Of a stretch of 64,000 nucleotides of DNA, positions 46,837 to 61,600 are shown one piece after another. Every line of letters starts with the position of its first letter. The stretch's first letter is position 1. The notes below the pieces were generated by a model. The model saw nothing but the letters and a program-made list of their open reading frames with translations, did no database searches and was not told where the DNA came from. The position numbers were made by a program, and so were the translations under genes. The stretch spans positions 496,001 to 560,000 of the forward strand of contig JAKMXF010000033.1 of NCBI GenBank assembly GCA_024704765.1. Direction: 5' to 3'. The DNA is from Oopsacas minuta. Lineage: Eukaryota > Animalia > Porifera.

Positions 46837-46994
46837 GGGCGGTTCAAACGTTACGTAACGCAAAATTTCCTAAATTTTGACACCTCCTCCCTGTGTCACG
46901 CTTTTTCACCGTTTGTGATACAAAAAGAATTGGCTATCACACTTCGCATATCACCCCCTCCCCTTCTAGAGTTAAGTAACGTTTGAACAGCCCC
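46837..46994 (+). mobile_element. PIF/Harbinger-type (Tourist-like) MITE
   Basis: TTA|GGGCGGTTCAAACGTTAC ... GTAACGTTTGAACAGCCCC|TTA; 3-bp TTA target duplication. Confidence 0.88.
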
Positions 46995-47338
46995 TTAAGG
47001 AGGTGTGGGTAATTAGGTGACGATAGTATATAGACAATGTCATGTATGTTTAAAATCCTTTCTTACCCTGCTCCAATCTAATGACTCAATACATTGATCA
47101 TACATATTTTCAGAATAATGATCGCAGCAAACTTACTCAAGATATATTGATGATGATTTTAGAGTGGTTTACAGAACATAAGCACTATGAAGGCATCATT
47201 CAATGATTCGCTCCCTTTTGAGTTTACTTAGTATGCACTATGCAATAATTGTATTTTCAGCAGACGTACAAATAGCTTTTGTAACTGATCTACTTTCGAT
47301 TAGATCAAATAGATAGCCCCCTACTAAAACAGTTAATA

Positions 47339-47782
47339 ATGTCATCAGGTTACCATGAAGTTAGTTATGACGACGGAGACGAGTACAAGGGAGGGTGGAA
47401 TGAAGAGGGTATGAGACACGGGTTTGGTAAACTAAACCTCGCAGATGGAACCAAATACAACGGTAAATTTTGTGAAGGGCTTTTCAATGGGCATGGTAGT
47501 TTGACATTTCCCGATGGAACGAAATATGAGGGGGAGTTCAGTAAGGGGAAGTATCACGGATACGGCGTGTATATTAGGGCAGATGGCATGCGATATGAAG
47601 GACAATTTATTGACGGGAAAGTGTCCGGATTTGGTCAGGTCACATTTGCTGACGGGAGTTGTGGAAGACCCAGAAATGAAGGAAAATTTGAAAACAATAA
47701 ATGTGTGAAAAGATGTAAAGCAATAGACTCAATCAAGAAAGCTAACCAGGCAGTCTCGACTGCTAGAACACAGAGTATGTGA
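47339..47782 (+). CDS. MORN4: MORN repeat-containing protein 4 (retinophilin ortholog), intronless
   Basis: Four MORN repeats (Y-x-G-x-W/F...G-x-G) followed by the MORN4-specific GQVTFADGSCGRPRNEGKFENNK. Confidence 0.93.
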   Translation: MSSGYHEVSYDDGDEYKGGWNEEGMRHGFGKLNLADGTKYNGKFCEGLFNGHGSLTFPDGTKYEGEFSKGKYHGYGVYIRADGMRYEGQFIDGKVSGFGQVTFADGSCGRPRNEGKFENNKCVKRCKAIDSIKKANQAVSTARTQSM

Positions 47783-48009
47783 ATGCTTTATTTCAAGTAC
47801 TTACATAGTTTCATTGATGTGTGATTCCTTTACCTCAATTATTTATTGTTTTACAGTTTGAATACTTTTTTAATTTGGTCAAAGAGCTTACGTTAATATC
47901 GCTGTTACCGTACTTCACTTGCCAGTCCTCTCAGGAATTTTACAAGAAATCCAGGGAATTTACATAAATCTAGGGTTTTAGCAAAGAAAAACCCGGGAAA
48001 TTGTTGTAA

Positions 48010-48169
48010 GGGTCGTTCAAAGCTTACGTAACGCAAAATCCCGTAATTTTGTACCCCTCTCCATCCTATGCACGCTTTATCACCATTTTGTAATAGAAAA
48101 AGAACGCAGCTGTCATACTCCGAATAGCACTCCCTCCCCTTATAGCGTTACATAACGTTTGAACGCCCC
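48010..48169 (+). mobile_element. PIF/Harbinger-type MITE
   Basis: TAA|GGGTCGTTCAAAG ... CGTTTGAACGCCCC|TAA; colinear with 46837-46994. Confidence 0.88.
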
Positions 48170-49297
48170 TAAGGGATTTGTGAGCATGAGAAGCACTGCT
48201 CTGCACTAAGTCTAATATCTCCTATAATATCAAATTATTGCCCATAAATATGCCAATACTATGATAGAATCATATTGTAGCAGCAATATTCTTATATAAT
48301 ATGGTATTGCATTACAATTTTATAAATTCAAATAATTCTCCAATCTTCACCCTCTTAATCAATGAATGCATTTGTTCTCGCAAGTACTGAGAACATTGAA
48401 TACCCCGTATGGATCCACGCTTCATAACGCAGCCTCGCAGATGTATTATTAATTGTCGAAGCTTGTTACTGATGCTTCCCTTTGTCAAGGACTTCACAAG
48501 TACTAGTAAATCTATCAATTCTATCTTTAGTGCATTATACAACTAATTTCAGATCAGATAATGTAGGGAGCTAATTTATTGCTTCAGGAGAACACGTTGA
48601 AACTATATGCATTCACCGTTGTTTATACTCATTGGTTTGTGTAAAATTACTGCATAAGTACTGGGTAAGTATAAGAGGTCCTCGGTTAAGAATTTATGTT
48701 AATATATTCAATCCGGACTAATCATTATCACTAATCTGATTGTTAAAATATTGATGAACAGTTATCTTAGCTATCTCTTACATCAGGTATGTCTGTAATT
48801 TCTTATTTGTCGTATAAATATCGAATTCAGAATATTATTTAGACGATGTAGGCTTGCTTAAGTGTTACTCAGTCGTAGTTCACGTGTAGGGAGATTTGTA
48901 TTGGCTTAATTATTGTATACAAATTACAATTACAAATAACATGATATATGAAAGACCGTTAGTGTCAAGCTCATAAAGATTGCTTGTACAATACTCTTTC
49001 GATTTATCAAATTTACATATTGACTCATTCAATAATGAATAATACGTCCTTGAGTTCACCGTCCTTGTTTGTGCAATTATATTGGGATACTTTGGATACT
49101 GGGAAATAGGGTATTCTCCAGGACGCTATACACTGACTTAGACCGATGAATAGTGTCGAAAGAAACATTTTAGTGTGAATTTCTTGATATAGAGGTATAG
49201 AAATAGATCTATATGTTATGAGCATCTCCCACGAACCTATATGATATCAGAAGGGTGTTAATCATATCTAAATAATACATATATCTAGCTAATACCT

Positions 49298-51904
<2,607 letters not shown>

Positions 51905-52270
51905 CGAAGTACTCTAGTGCTGTCTATTTTTATGATCAAGTGTTGAAGATTTTTAATTTCCGACACACCTTTCCCATGTGTTTAGCTCTTATATATATAC
52001 ACACTATTTCTTTTGAATTTAAAGCTACAAATGCGTTTCAATTTTATTGTGCTTCGTATATAATGTTTGTTTATTTACTATATGTATATTTTTGTTGTAT
52101 TATATTGCTATGAAATTTCTGAAGCACTATATACCCTGTTTTGTATATATATTCGTTCTGTGGATTATATTCAGTCATTATAAACTGTATTTAGTATAGT
52201 TCATTTTTAGCTTTAATTATTTATTTGGTTATTTGATTGCTTTTTGATATGTTATCACTTATCAGTATAT

Positions 52271-52402
52271 CGAGTGGAACTCGGATAAGACGTACTATCC
52301 ATCTTATCTGAAAGAGCATTGTATTAGAATGAATGAGACCTATATTTTTGATTTGAAAGAAATACATATTAACCGAGTGTACGTCTTATCTGAGTTCTAC
52401 TG
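52271..52402. mobile_element. pogo-type MITE
   Basis: AGTGGAACTCGGATAAGACGTAC paired with GTACGTCTTATCTGAGTTCTACTG|TA. Confidence 0.8.
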
Positions 52403-52552
52403 TACCTTATAACTATCCCACCACCAACTTTCTGTAATAAGCTCATTACAACCTTTCCAAGAACAATTTGTAGATTAGATATGTCAATTGCAAGCTAAGG
52501 GCATAAATTCATTGGTATAAACTTGTATACAAATACCCTATTGTACGTAAAA

Positions 52553-53326
52553 TTATCTGTATGTGACATTTCCCACTGGTAGATGTCCTGTCATCCCCAA
52601 TCCCTCTAGATACACACGACCATCTCCCCGTATAGTAACAATAGTAATACTGCAATTACCTAGACTTATCCTCAACCAAGCATCAGGATGTAACTGTAAT
52701 GCTCTACACACGAAATACCGGAATACATTACTATGTCCTACTATCACTTCTACTGTATCTTTATCTTTATCTGCTCGGTAGAAATACTTCCTGTAAGCTG
52801 CTTCTATCCTTGCTCCATCTCTATAATAGTTTTTCTCCTTTCTTATCCTTGTACCAGGCTCAGGTCTGTAAGGACTCCCTTCTCTTAACATGCTACTCAT
52901 TTCTATAGGTATATTCCTGTGTAGTTCATTAGCTATTATGCTAGCTGTCTCTATAGCTCGTGTCATGTCAGAATGTATTATCTTATTGATTGGTAGGTTC
53001 ATATCTTTCAATCTTGCTCCTACTTCTTTAGCTTGTATCCTTCCTAATTCGGTCAATACTCTCTTATCATCATCTTCCGCATGCTCGTACTTTCCATGTC
53101 TTATTAGGATAAGAGTACGAGTAGTGTTCTTAAGTTCTAACTCTGTATTCTGCTCACGCTTGTCCCAATTGTGATCCCACTTCTGTTTAACAGTACTGTC
53201 TTCATTGTTACAATACACAAATAATATTTTTCTAGGATTTGTTTCTAGATTTTTCCTTTGTATGTATGTATAACATACAGCTGAGGTAATCAGGAGAGGA
53301 GAGAGCTGTAACAATCTTCTGTTCAT
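52553..53326 (-). CDS. PGAM5: Mitochondrial Ser/Thr phosphatase PGAM5, intronless
   Basis: WDHNWDKRE motif, catalytic LILIRHGKY, SDMTRAIETA, LREG, RIEAA, VGHSNVFRYFVCRALQ. Confidence 0.95.
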   Translation of the reverse strand: MNRRLLQLSPLLITSAVCYTYIQRKNLETNPRKILFVYCNNEDSTVKQKWDHNWDKREQNTELELKNTTRTLILIRHGKYEHAEDDDKRVLTELGRIQAKEVGARLKDMNLPINKIIHSDMTRAIETASIIANELHRNIPIEMSSMLREGSPYRPEPGTRIRKEKNYYRDGARIEAAYRKYFYRADKDKDTVEVIVGHSNVFRYFVCRALQLHPDAWLRISLGNCSITIVTIRGDGRVYLEGLGMTGHLPVGNVTYR

Positions 53327-53779
53327 TGTTTATAACCTATTTTTAAGTGATGAAATATTTTAAGAAATTGCCAATTGTCCTGTTTTAATGCATATTCGTT
53401 GAGCGTCCAGTAATGTCAAGCATCCGCATTTGGTAGTTCAGACTAATAATATAGGACTAAGGCTAGTTCACGATATAACACTGTCCTACAGTTATCCATC
53501 TATAATTATCGTGAATTAGAGGGTAATTGTATACACTTGTATATCCCAAAAATCCAGAATTTCAGGTAGGAATTCAGAAAATAATCTTTCTTGCATGAAA
53601 CGACGCGTAGCTTTTGATATGCCTGGGTATATAATTGAGTCAATGAAGCATTTTATCATTTGATTCATAATCAAAATTATAATAATTATATTCTGGAATT
53701 GACAGATTATTTAATATTCGTGGCTTGATTTTATAACATTTATCTCAAAATACCCTCGAGTAAAGGTTTAGTTTATAAT

Positions 53780-55248
53780 ATGGGTATAAGAGTTGGCCTT
53801 ATAGTTGTACTCCTCTCCTCGTTATTGATCCAATCAGCATCATCCCAAGGTTCTATCAACGTCGCATGGACCCCTCTGAACGAGACCAGCACTACCAGTT
53901 ACAGGAATTTAATAAACAGGTTCACTACTGCTAGGAATTATGGATCAGAAGGGTATATAGCTGCTCAGAACTACATCCGTGACTGGTATACGGAATTAAA
54001 TATGACCGTAGTAAGTCAGGAATTTGACACATTCAATGATAATGTGACAGGTGTCAACCTGATTGGCATATTACATGGAAAAAAGCAGACTCAGAATTTC
54101 TTTCTTGTTGGAGCTCATTACGATACTATGAAGGATAATCCTGGAGTTACTGACAACGGCTCAGGTAAAATTATAATAAATTCCAAAGATAGAATAACTT
54201 AGTTATCATTCTTACCTATAGGAATGTCAGCAGTACTAGAGATAGCTCGTATCCTCAATGTGATGTTCACCTACAATTGTACCATTGACTATTCTGTGAT
54301 TTTTGTGGGATTTGACATGTCTAAGCCGGAACCAGACTATGGAGACGACCCTCCCTGCCCCTTGTCAGCTGGCATTGGACCATGTGGAGTATTCAATTTC
54401 ATAGACTGGTTAGAGAAGTATCTTACAGAGCAGGATAATGCTCAACTTCTTGGTATGTTAGCCTATGTATATTACAGTAAAACCTTCACAAACGTGTCTT
54501 GTGGAAACGGAACAAATTCATAAACCCATGTAATTGAACCTTACAGATGGGAATTAGCAGAAATGAGGTAGTATTTTCGGCGTCCCTGAAACACCGTTTG
54601 TGAATGTTACACTGTACTATATTATCTATGTTTATATTATGTCTATTGTCAGGTACATTCATAATTGACTCAATACTGAATTACAACACAAGTATAAATA
54701 GCCAGATTATCTCAGAAGATGCTAGAGTATTACTTCCTGATTATTTCTATAACGTAAGCTCTGGGGGATATAAGGGTAACTACATAGCTGGTGTAGTACG
54801 TGCTGCTGACGTCACGCTAGCACAGACATTCCGGGACTCCTGGGTAACCATGCCTCTAAACGAGTTGTACCAATTCCAACAGGTCGATTTAGTTGGTGAC
54901 GCTACTCCAAACCCCAACGTACATATCCAACTGCCTACCTTCTTCCAAAGCGAACACATGCAGTTATGGGCTGAGAACCACATAGCTATGTTAATTACAG
55001 ATACACTCAAACAGCGAGGCTATCAACAAACCTGTTTTGATAAATCGTGCGATAATTTACAATTTATAACCGAGACAAATTACGAGTTCGGTTATCAGAC
55101 AGTTAGAGCAATAGCTGATAGTATATTTAAGCTTGGTAGTGGTAACTGTAATACAACTATCCCTCCTAGTAGTGGTAGCTCTCTCCTACCTAGTCTAATC
55201 ACATTTATTTCTGTTCATTTTGTAGCTTTTATACTGTTTGTATTATAA
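53780..55248 (+). CDS. M28-family peptidase-like secreted protein with probable GPI signal, 3 exons (53780-54165, 54222-54451, 54653-55248)
   Basis: Signal peptide; GAHYDT, DNGSG|MSAVLEIAR, IFVGFD, IDSILNY, SEH; Ser-rich spacer plus hydrophobic C-terminus. Confidence 0.85.
54475..54614 (+). mobile_element. pogo-type MITE in intron 2 of the M28-like gene
   Basis: TA|CAGTAAAACCTTCACAAACG paired with CGTTTGTGAATGTTACACTG|TA. Confidence 0.8.
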
Positions 55249-55425
55249 GTTGTTATTTAGCTCTGTTGTATAACATTCTGTCATATTACTTCTAGTGTTA
55301 AACTATACATGTTGTTTTATTTTATAGTTCTTCATTCATTTATATTTTTACTTATACTAAATATTTGTGTATTTAATTGGTATATGCAGTTATTGTTAGA
55401 AATATTATGTTCGTAATTAGAGCTA

Positions 55426-55548
55426 CAGTAAACTCCAGTTATAACGAAGTGATTCTTTACTCCCCATATATTGGAAGCATTTGATTTTCCTCGCTTACAA
55501 TAGAATACAACCGAATTCCGAGTACTTCATAATAACGAGAGTTCACTG
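55426..55548. mobile_element. pogo-type MITE about 120 bp upstream of the HYDIN ATG
   Basis: TA|CAGTAAACTCCAGTTATAACGAAG paired with CTTCATAATAACGAGAGTTCACTG|TA. Confidence 0.8.
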
Positions 55549-55670
55549 TAGTAGTTTATGTGTGAATCTTTTGCATTTTTTTGGGGTCTTCTTTCACCAA
55601 ATTAGTACAAATATTCTATTAATTCTATCCCCCAGTATATTATATGATAACCGTATGGTAACATTACATA

Positions 55671-58600
55671 ATGAAGCCATCTGATTTTATACGAATACAA
55701 CGACTAAACACAGACGAGTACTTGAATGAACAGCGACAAGAAAAGCAATCAGGTCAGCCAGTACAGCCTCCAATCACAGAGCTACTGGACATAACACGTG
55801 CTTCTTATCAACGAGACAGCTCTCTGCCTATAGGCAAACCTCTATTTGATGTATTTCCCTCTGAGCTATGCTTCCATAAGTATAAAGCTTATCAGCTGTA
55901 TAAGATACCTTTAAGACTCAAGAATCTGGATCATGTTGTAAGACAGGTAACCATGGTAACTATACGGTTACTTAGGTGTGTCTTTACCTAATCTGTTGTA
56001 GGTACGAGTAGTGTGTGAAGCTAGTGAGTACTTCAAGCTATTACCTCCATCAGTTAGCAGACAGAAGGATAAATCTATGAAGGTTAAGAAGATAGAAGGA
56101 GAGACATCCCTATCATCTAACTCAGGACTTAGAGTAGCTCCTGGAATGGAGGTAGTGTACACTATAGAATTCCGTCCTGACCAACAAGCAGACTACACCC
56201 ATGAAGTGACAGTAATGACTGAGAGAGAGAAGTTAGTTATTCCTGTATTAGCTACAGGAGCAAGAGCTCTGCTTGATTTCCCTGACTGGGTTGAGTTAGG
56301 TGAGGCTCCAGTCAGACACGAAACGAGTAAAACTCTCTTAGTTAGGAATCTAGGAGAGAGAGAAGGAAGGTTTGTATTAAGATGTACACCCTCTGATGTA
56401 TTCTCTGCTTCTCCTACTGAGGCTAGTCTGGATATACAGCAGTGTTCTCAGGTAATTCAATCCCTTCAAGAGTTGACTGAATATTCCTAAACCACACAAC
56501 AACAATTCAATAACGATAATCCTACTTTCTAGGTGACAGTAAAGATGATGAGCACTAAAGCAGGTACTCAAGAGGGCTCTATGTCAGTACAGCTAGATAC
56601 AGGAGAAGAAATTAGTGTACAATTGAGAGGTAGCACTTATAATGCATCTGTACGCCTCGAGAAGAGAGATGTTAAGCTACCAGATACCTTCATTGGTCTG
56701 GGAGCTAGACAAGAGGTTAAGCTGATCAATAATTCAAATGTGTTGGTTAATTTCTGCTGGAAGACATGGGGTAGTGAGTCAGAAGAGGAAGCAGAGAGAT
56801 GTAATGCTACAGCTATGCTAGCTACCAGACAGAATATGGCTGAGGATTTGTTTAGAGATGAGAGTGAGAGAGATGAGAGAATAAGAGACAGAGTTAGTAT
56901 ACTTACTCGTAGCTTTAAGATGAGACAGACACAACTAACCATGGATAGGTTCCACTTTGAAGACAGGACAGTGTCAATTGATCCCCTTGAAGGTGAGGTA
57001 TGGCCACAAACAGAGACTCTAATTAGTGTCAGATTCCATCCTATAGCTGATGAGGATTATTCATGTACTGCTTACTGTGAGGTATAGCTATTTATTTCTA
57101 AATTTTTGTCACTAGAATTACATTATACAGTCAACACCCGTTATATCGAAGATCAAGGGACCGCGATAATTACCTTTAGATATCACCGATGAAACCTGTG
57201 TTACTTTGACGGTTTGGGACCATATTTGTACAATTTCAGACTTCTTTATAAGCGGGTATTTCGAAATATCTGTGTTAGATATAACGGGAGTTGACTGTGT
57301 GTTATTTTATAGGTAACTGGAAGAGAGAGTAGATTGCCATTACTAATATCAGGTCGTGGTTTAGGTCCCCATCTAGAACTAAGCTTAGATCAGCTGAGCA
57401 TAGGTAAGGTATGCCTATCTACCTCTCACGTATATGAGCTATTAATACGTAACAAAGGTTACATATCCGGTGAATACTCTCTCATACGTCCATCCGTACA
57501 GACACCAATAGCTAGCTCATTCAACTTTACGCCATCACAGGGGGTACTACAGCCTGGAGACGTACAAACTATACAGATAAGTTTCACATACCCTCAAGAA
57601 CATCATAATAAATTCTCTGAAGAGTTTGTATGGGAGGTTACAGGAGCTTCTGTCCCTCTAAAACTAACCATAACAGGAACTGTAACTAAACCTACTTTTA
57701 TATTGAGTCATGACGAGCTTAATTTTGGCATAATAGCCTATGGATTCCCTGTAGAACTAGCGCTAACCATCACTAACACTAGCTCCGTACAGATTGACTG
57801 TAAACTTCATGTACCTCAAGACGGTGAGGTTACACAGGAAATGACGTCATTGAGACATCCATGTATCTATGCTCTTAAGGAGTTTATAATTACACCAGAC
57901 ATATGTAATATACCTTCAGGACAAGAACATGCAGTCACAGTAGAATTCTCCCCTCAGTCTGTTAAGAATTATAACGTCAGGATGTTGCTGGATATTGTAG
58001 GGGTATCAGATGCAGTTTGTTCTATACCTATACTAGCTCACGTCAGAGTACCTACAATAATTCCATCTACTCGAATGCTTAACTGTAGCAATTGTTTCGT
58101 AGGACATACATTCTGTAGAGAATTGCAGCTTATTAATGATGATGATTTTGCTGCTTGCTACAGTCTAGAGGAGGTAATTGATCCTTCTGATATCCTCCTA
58201 GTTAAGAGCACAGAAGTAGAAGGAGTTGTACCGGCTAATAGTACAGTGACCTTACCTATCGAGCTACAAGCTAATTGTATAGGAGATAACACTAGTTTTG
58301 TGAGTATAGTTATTCTAGGCTCTGAACAGGTTATACGATTAGAGGTAAGGTTTGTAGGAGAAGGTCCTGTTGTACACGTAACTCCTACCACTATTAACTG
58401 GGGGAAACTGTCTGTATTTGTTCCCAACACATTCACAGTGTCTATGTCTAATCAAGCTCCCATTCCAGCCGAGTACACTTGTTGCCTAGCAACTGATACT
58501 CCTGTATTTCAGGTTGATCCTGTGAAAGGTTCAATCCCAGCTCATGCCTCACAAGAACTGCGAATAACCGCGAATCTTAACGATAGTATTGTATTTGCTA

Positions 58601-61600
58601 ACAAGCTTGTGATCAAGTTTAACCATGACGTCATGTATTACGTAGGTTTAGAAGCTAAGGGCAGTGGTGTAACGATCTTGTCTGATCCTCCTCTACTCCC
58701 TAAAATGGATTTTGGACATTTCTATAGCTCGGGGGTATTCAAGAAGACATTCCTTCTAACCAATAGCGGTACACGTACTCATATTCTAACTTGGAATGTA
58801 GCTAGTCACGCCGCACAGCGTAATAAGAAACTCAGCAACCTTAGACTAGATCCGCTTGATATGGCTAATTCTGCGAAACTTGTGAGCTCCCGTCCTCTCT
58901 CAGAAGTACCCCCTAGTGTTAAACTAATCCCTCCTGAGATCTACCTTACGCCCGACAGTTCCTCTGAGCTAGTTCTTGAGATGTACTCAGAGACTCCTCG
59001 CTTAGTTACCGAAACGTTACTATGTTATGCATTAATTGGTAAACTTACCACCAAGCACTTATTGCTTGAGAGTGAGATAAGTATTGAATTCATTCAACCG
59101 TTAATTCGCTTCTCAGCTGACCAACTCTCATTCTCTTGTATCCAGGATCACAAAGGCTATCTGGAGGCTAAATCTACATCTCTATCTCTTGTGAATATAT
59201 CCTCTCTCCCTCTACATACCAGTCTCATGCTACCACCCCCATTTAGCTTTATAACTGACAACAGCCTTACTTCAAATCTAGAGTTATACTTTGATACACA
59301 TCAAACTCAGGAAGTTACAATACTATTTGATCCCAACACAAGAGATGGGAAACACTCGTATAGTGTAGAAGATGAGATGACAGTTCGTTATGCTGAACAT
59401 CCTTCAAAAGATTCCTTCCCTATTCTTGGTAGTGTTCATTATCCTAATCTCTCATTCTCTACTCAAACAATTGATTTCGGTACAATACTAAATGATACAG
59501 ATACTCTATACAAGGTCAGGATCCAGAATACGTCTCCTATACAGGTTAAGTTCAACTGGTGCTTTCAGGAACCTGAACAACATGCACTAGGTCAGCATGA
59601 CGTCACTCGTAATGCAGACAATATACAGGTATTCTCAGACAGTCTAGACAATGATACATTTGCTATACACTCGCCGACTAAACCTCAGTTTCAGCCGTGG
59701 GGAGACAAATATGATCCATTTGGTGTTGCTCCTATTAATCAGCTGTTTGATATACTCCCTATACATGCCACGCTACAACCAGATGAAGTTATGGATGTAG
59801 AGTTTAGTTTCTATGGCAGAGCTAATAGTTCTATCAGTGCTGAAGCTATTTGCTCGTTAGAACAAGGACCTGAATATACATTACAGCTGAGAGGCAGAGC
59901 ATCTAGCATGAAGTATACGCTCAGTCGTAATGTATTGAAACTCCCATATTGTCATTATGCTAAGCCATCTCTCCTGGAGATAACGCTGTATAATATAGGA
60001 CTTGTGGAATTCTCTGTAGACCTATCGGATTCTAACTGGCCCTCTCTCTCCCCTCATAACAACAAATCTCCATTCACCCTCGCATTTGAACCTGATAACT
60101 TCTCGCTAGCAGCTGGGGCTCATAAAGTTATCTCTATAGCTTTTACTCCAGGTGTACCAGGCTCATTCAGGGCAGAATTCTATATTAATATAGCTCATTT
60201 TCAGCCTGAAGCTATTGAGATCAGTGGCGAGGCTGTATTCCCAAATTTCCGCTTCTCCCTTCCCCGACCTACCGTAGATATTATGCTGTTAAGAGATCAC
60301 GCTAGAGCTCCTAGTAGAGGTCATTCCGGACATGAATCCCCTCATCTAAGAGATACAGAGGATCAAGAGACCAAGATAGAACAAGATATTGTTAGGAAAC
60401 TAGCTTTATCTGTTCCAGGCTCTTACGATACAATTGATTCTAGTGAGGTAACTGCTAGTAAACCAGCACGAGCTGTGCTTCCTGCTTATGAACTAGATTT
60501 CAGTTATGTTATTCTAGGAAGAATAGTCACACACACACTATCTTTATTCAATCCTACTAACTTCACTATATCTGTTAACCTCAGTCAAGTTGCTCTTTTG
60601 AAGAAATCTGGGTTTACATTTGCAAGTAGTAAATTAACAGACATACCCCCAGCTGGTGTCTTAGAGCTAGAGGTTGTATTCGACCCCGCTTCCGTAGGAT
60701 TACCATGTGGAGAGTTCAGTATAACCTCTCGTTTCATGGTTACAGAGGGACCTGAGGTACCATTGGTGTTGACAGGAGAGGTAACTCTACCAGACCTAGT
60801 CCTCTCTGCTACTGAACTAGACTTCGAAGATGTTATAGTCAGTCGTTGTAAGATCGTAACTCTACAATTACATAACCCTACACCTGTTAGTTGTACCTGG
60901 CAACCTGAAGTCCCTCTACATCCTAAGAAGATAAATAAATTCATCCCTCTACATTTGAAGAAGAAAACACAACCTCCAAAACATGCTCCTCACTTCGAGG
61001 TAATTCCAGCTCGAGGTTGTGTAGAGGCTGGACAGCGTCTTAATGTAAAGATAAAGTTTCTACCATCTGAACAGTTCAAATACTCACGTAATATAATCTT
61101 CCATCTTAAAGACAATCCTGCTTCATATCACATACTACATGCACGAGGCAATGGAGTAGAACAACAGCTACAATTCAGTACTACAGTACTAGAATTCGGT
61201 CCTGTACTACCTCTCTCACAGGGAGAGTCTAAAGAGGTTACAATTACTAATCTAACTCCATTTCCTTGCGAGATATACTCCTTAGAGTTTGATTCTGTTT
61301 ATCTGGATGAAGAATCTGTACTGAGGACGTTAGGTGATTATGATAAATTTGGACAGCTGATGCTACCGCCTCGATCAGCTGGCGATAAGCTACCACAGGA
61401 AGTTAATGACTGGTGGGAAGTAAAGCGGTTGGAGCTTGAGGCTCTCAATGCTCCACTACAGTCACCAGTTGAGATACCTATCACACAAACTAAATCTAAT
61501 TTTACATCCGCGATTAGTAACGATTTATTTCAATACGAGAATGCTAGCTACCTGGAGAGAGTATCCCCCGCGTCTATTGACACCTCGTCAATAGCTGTTA

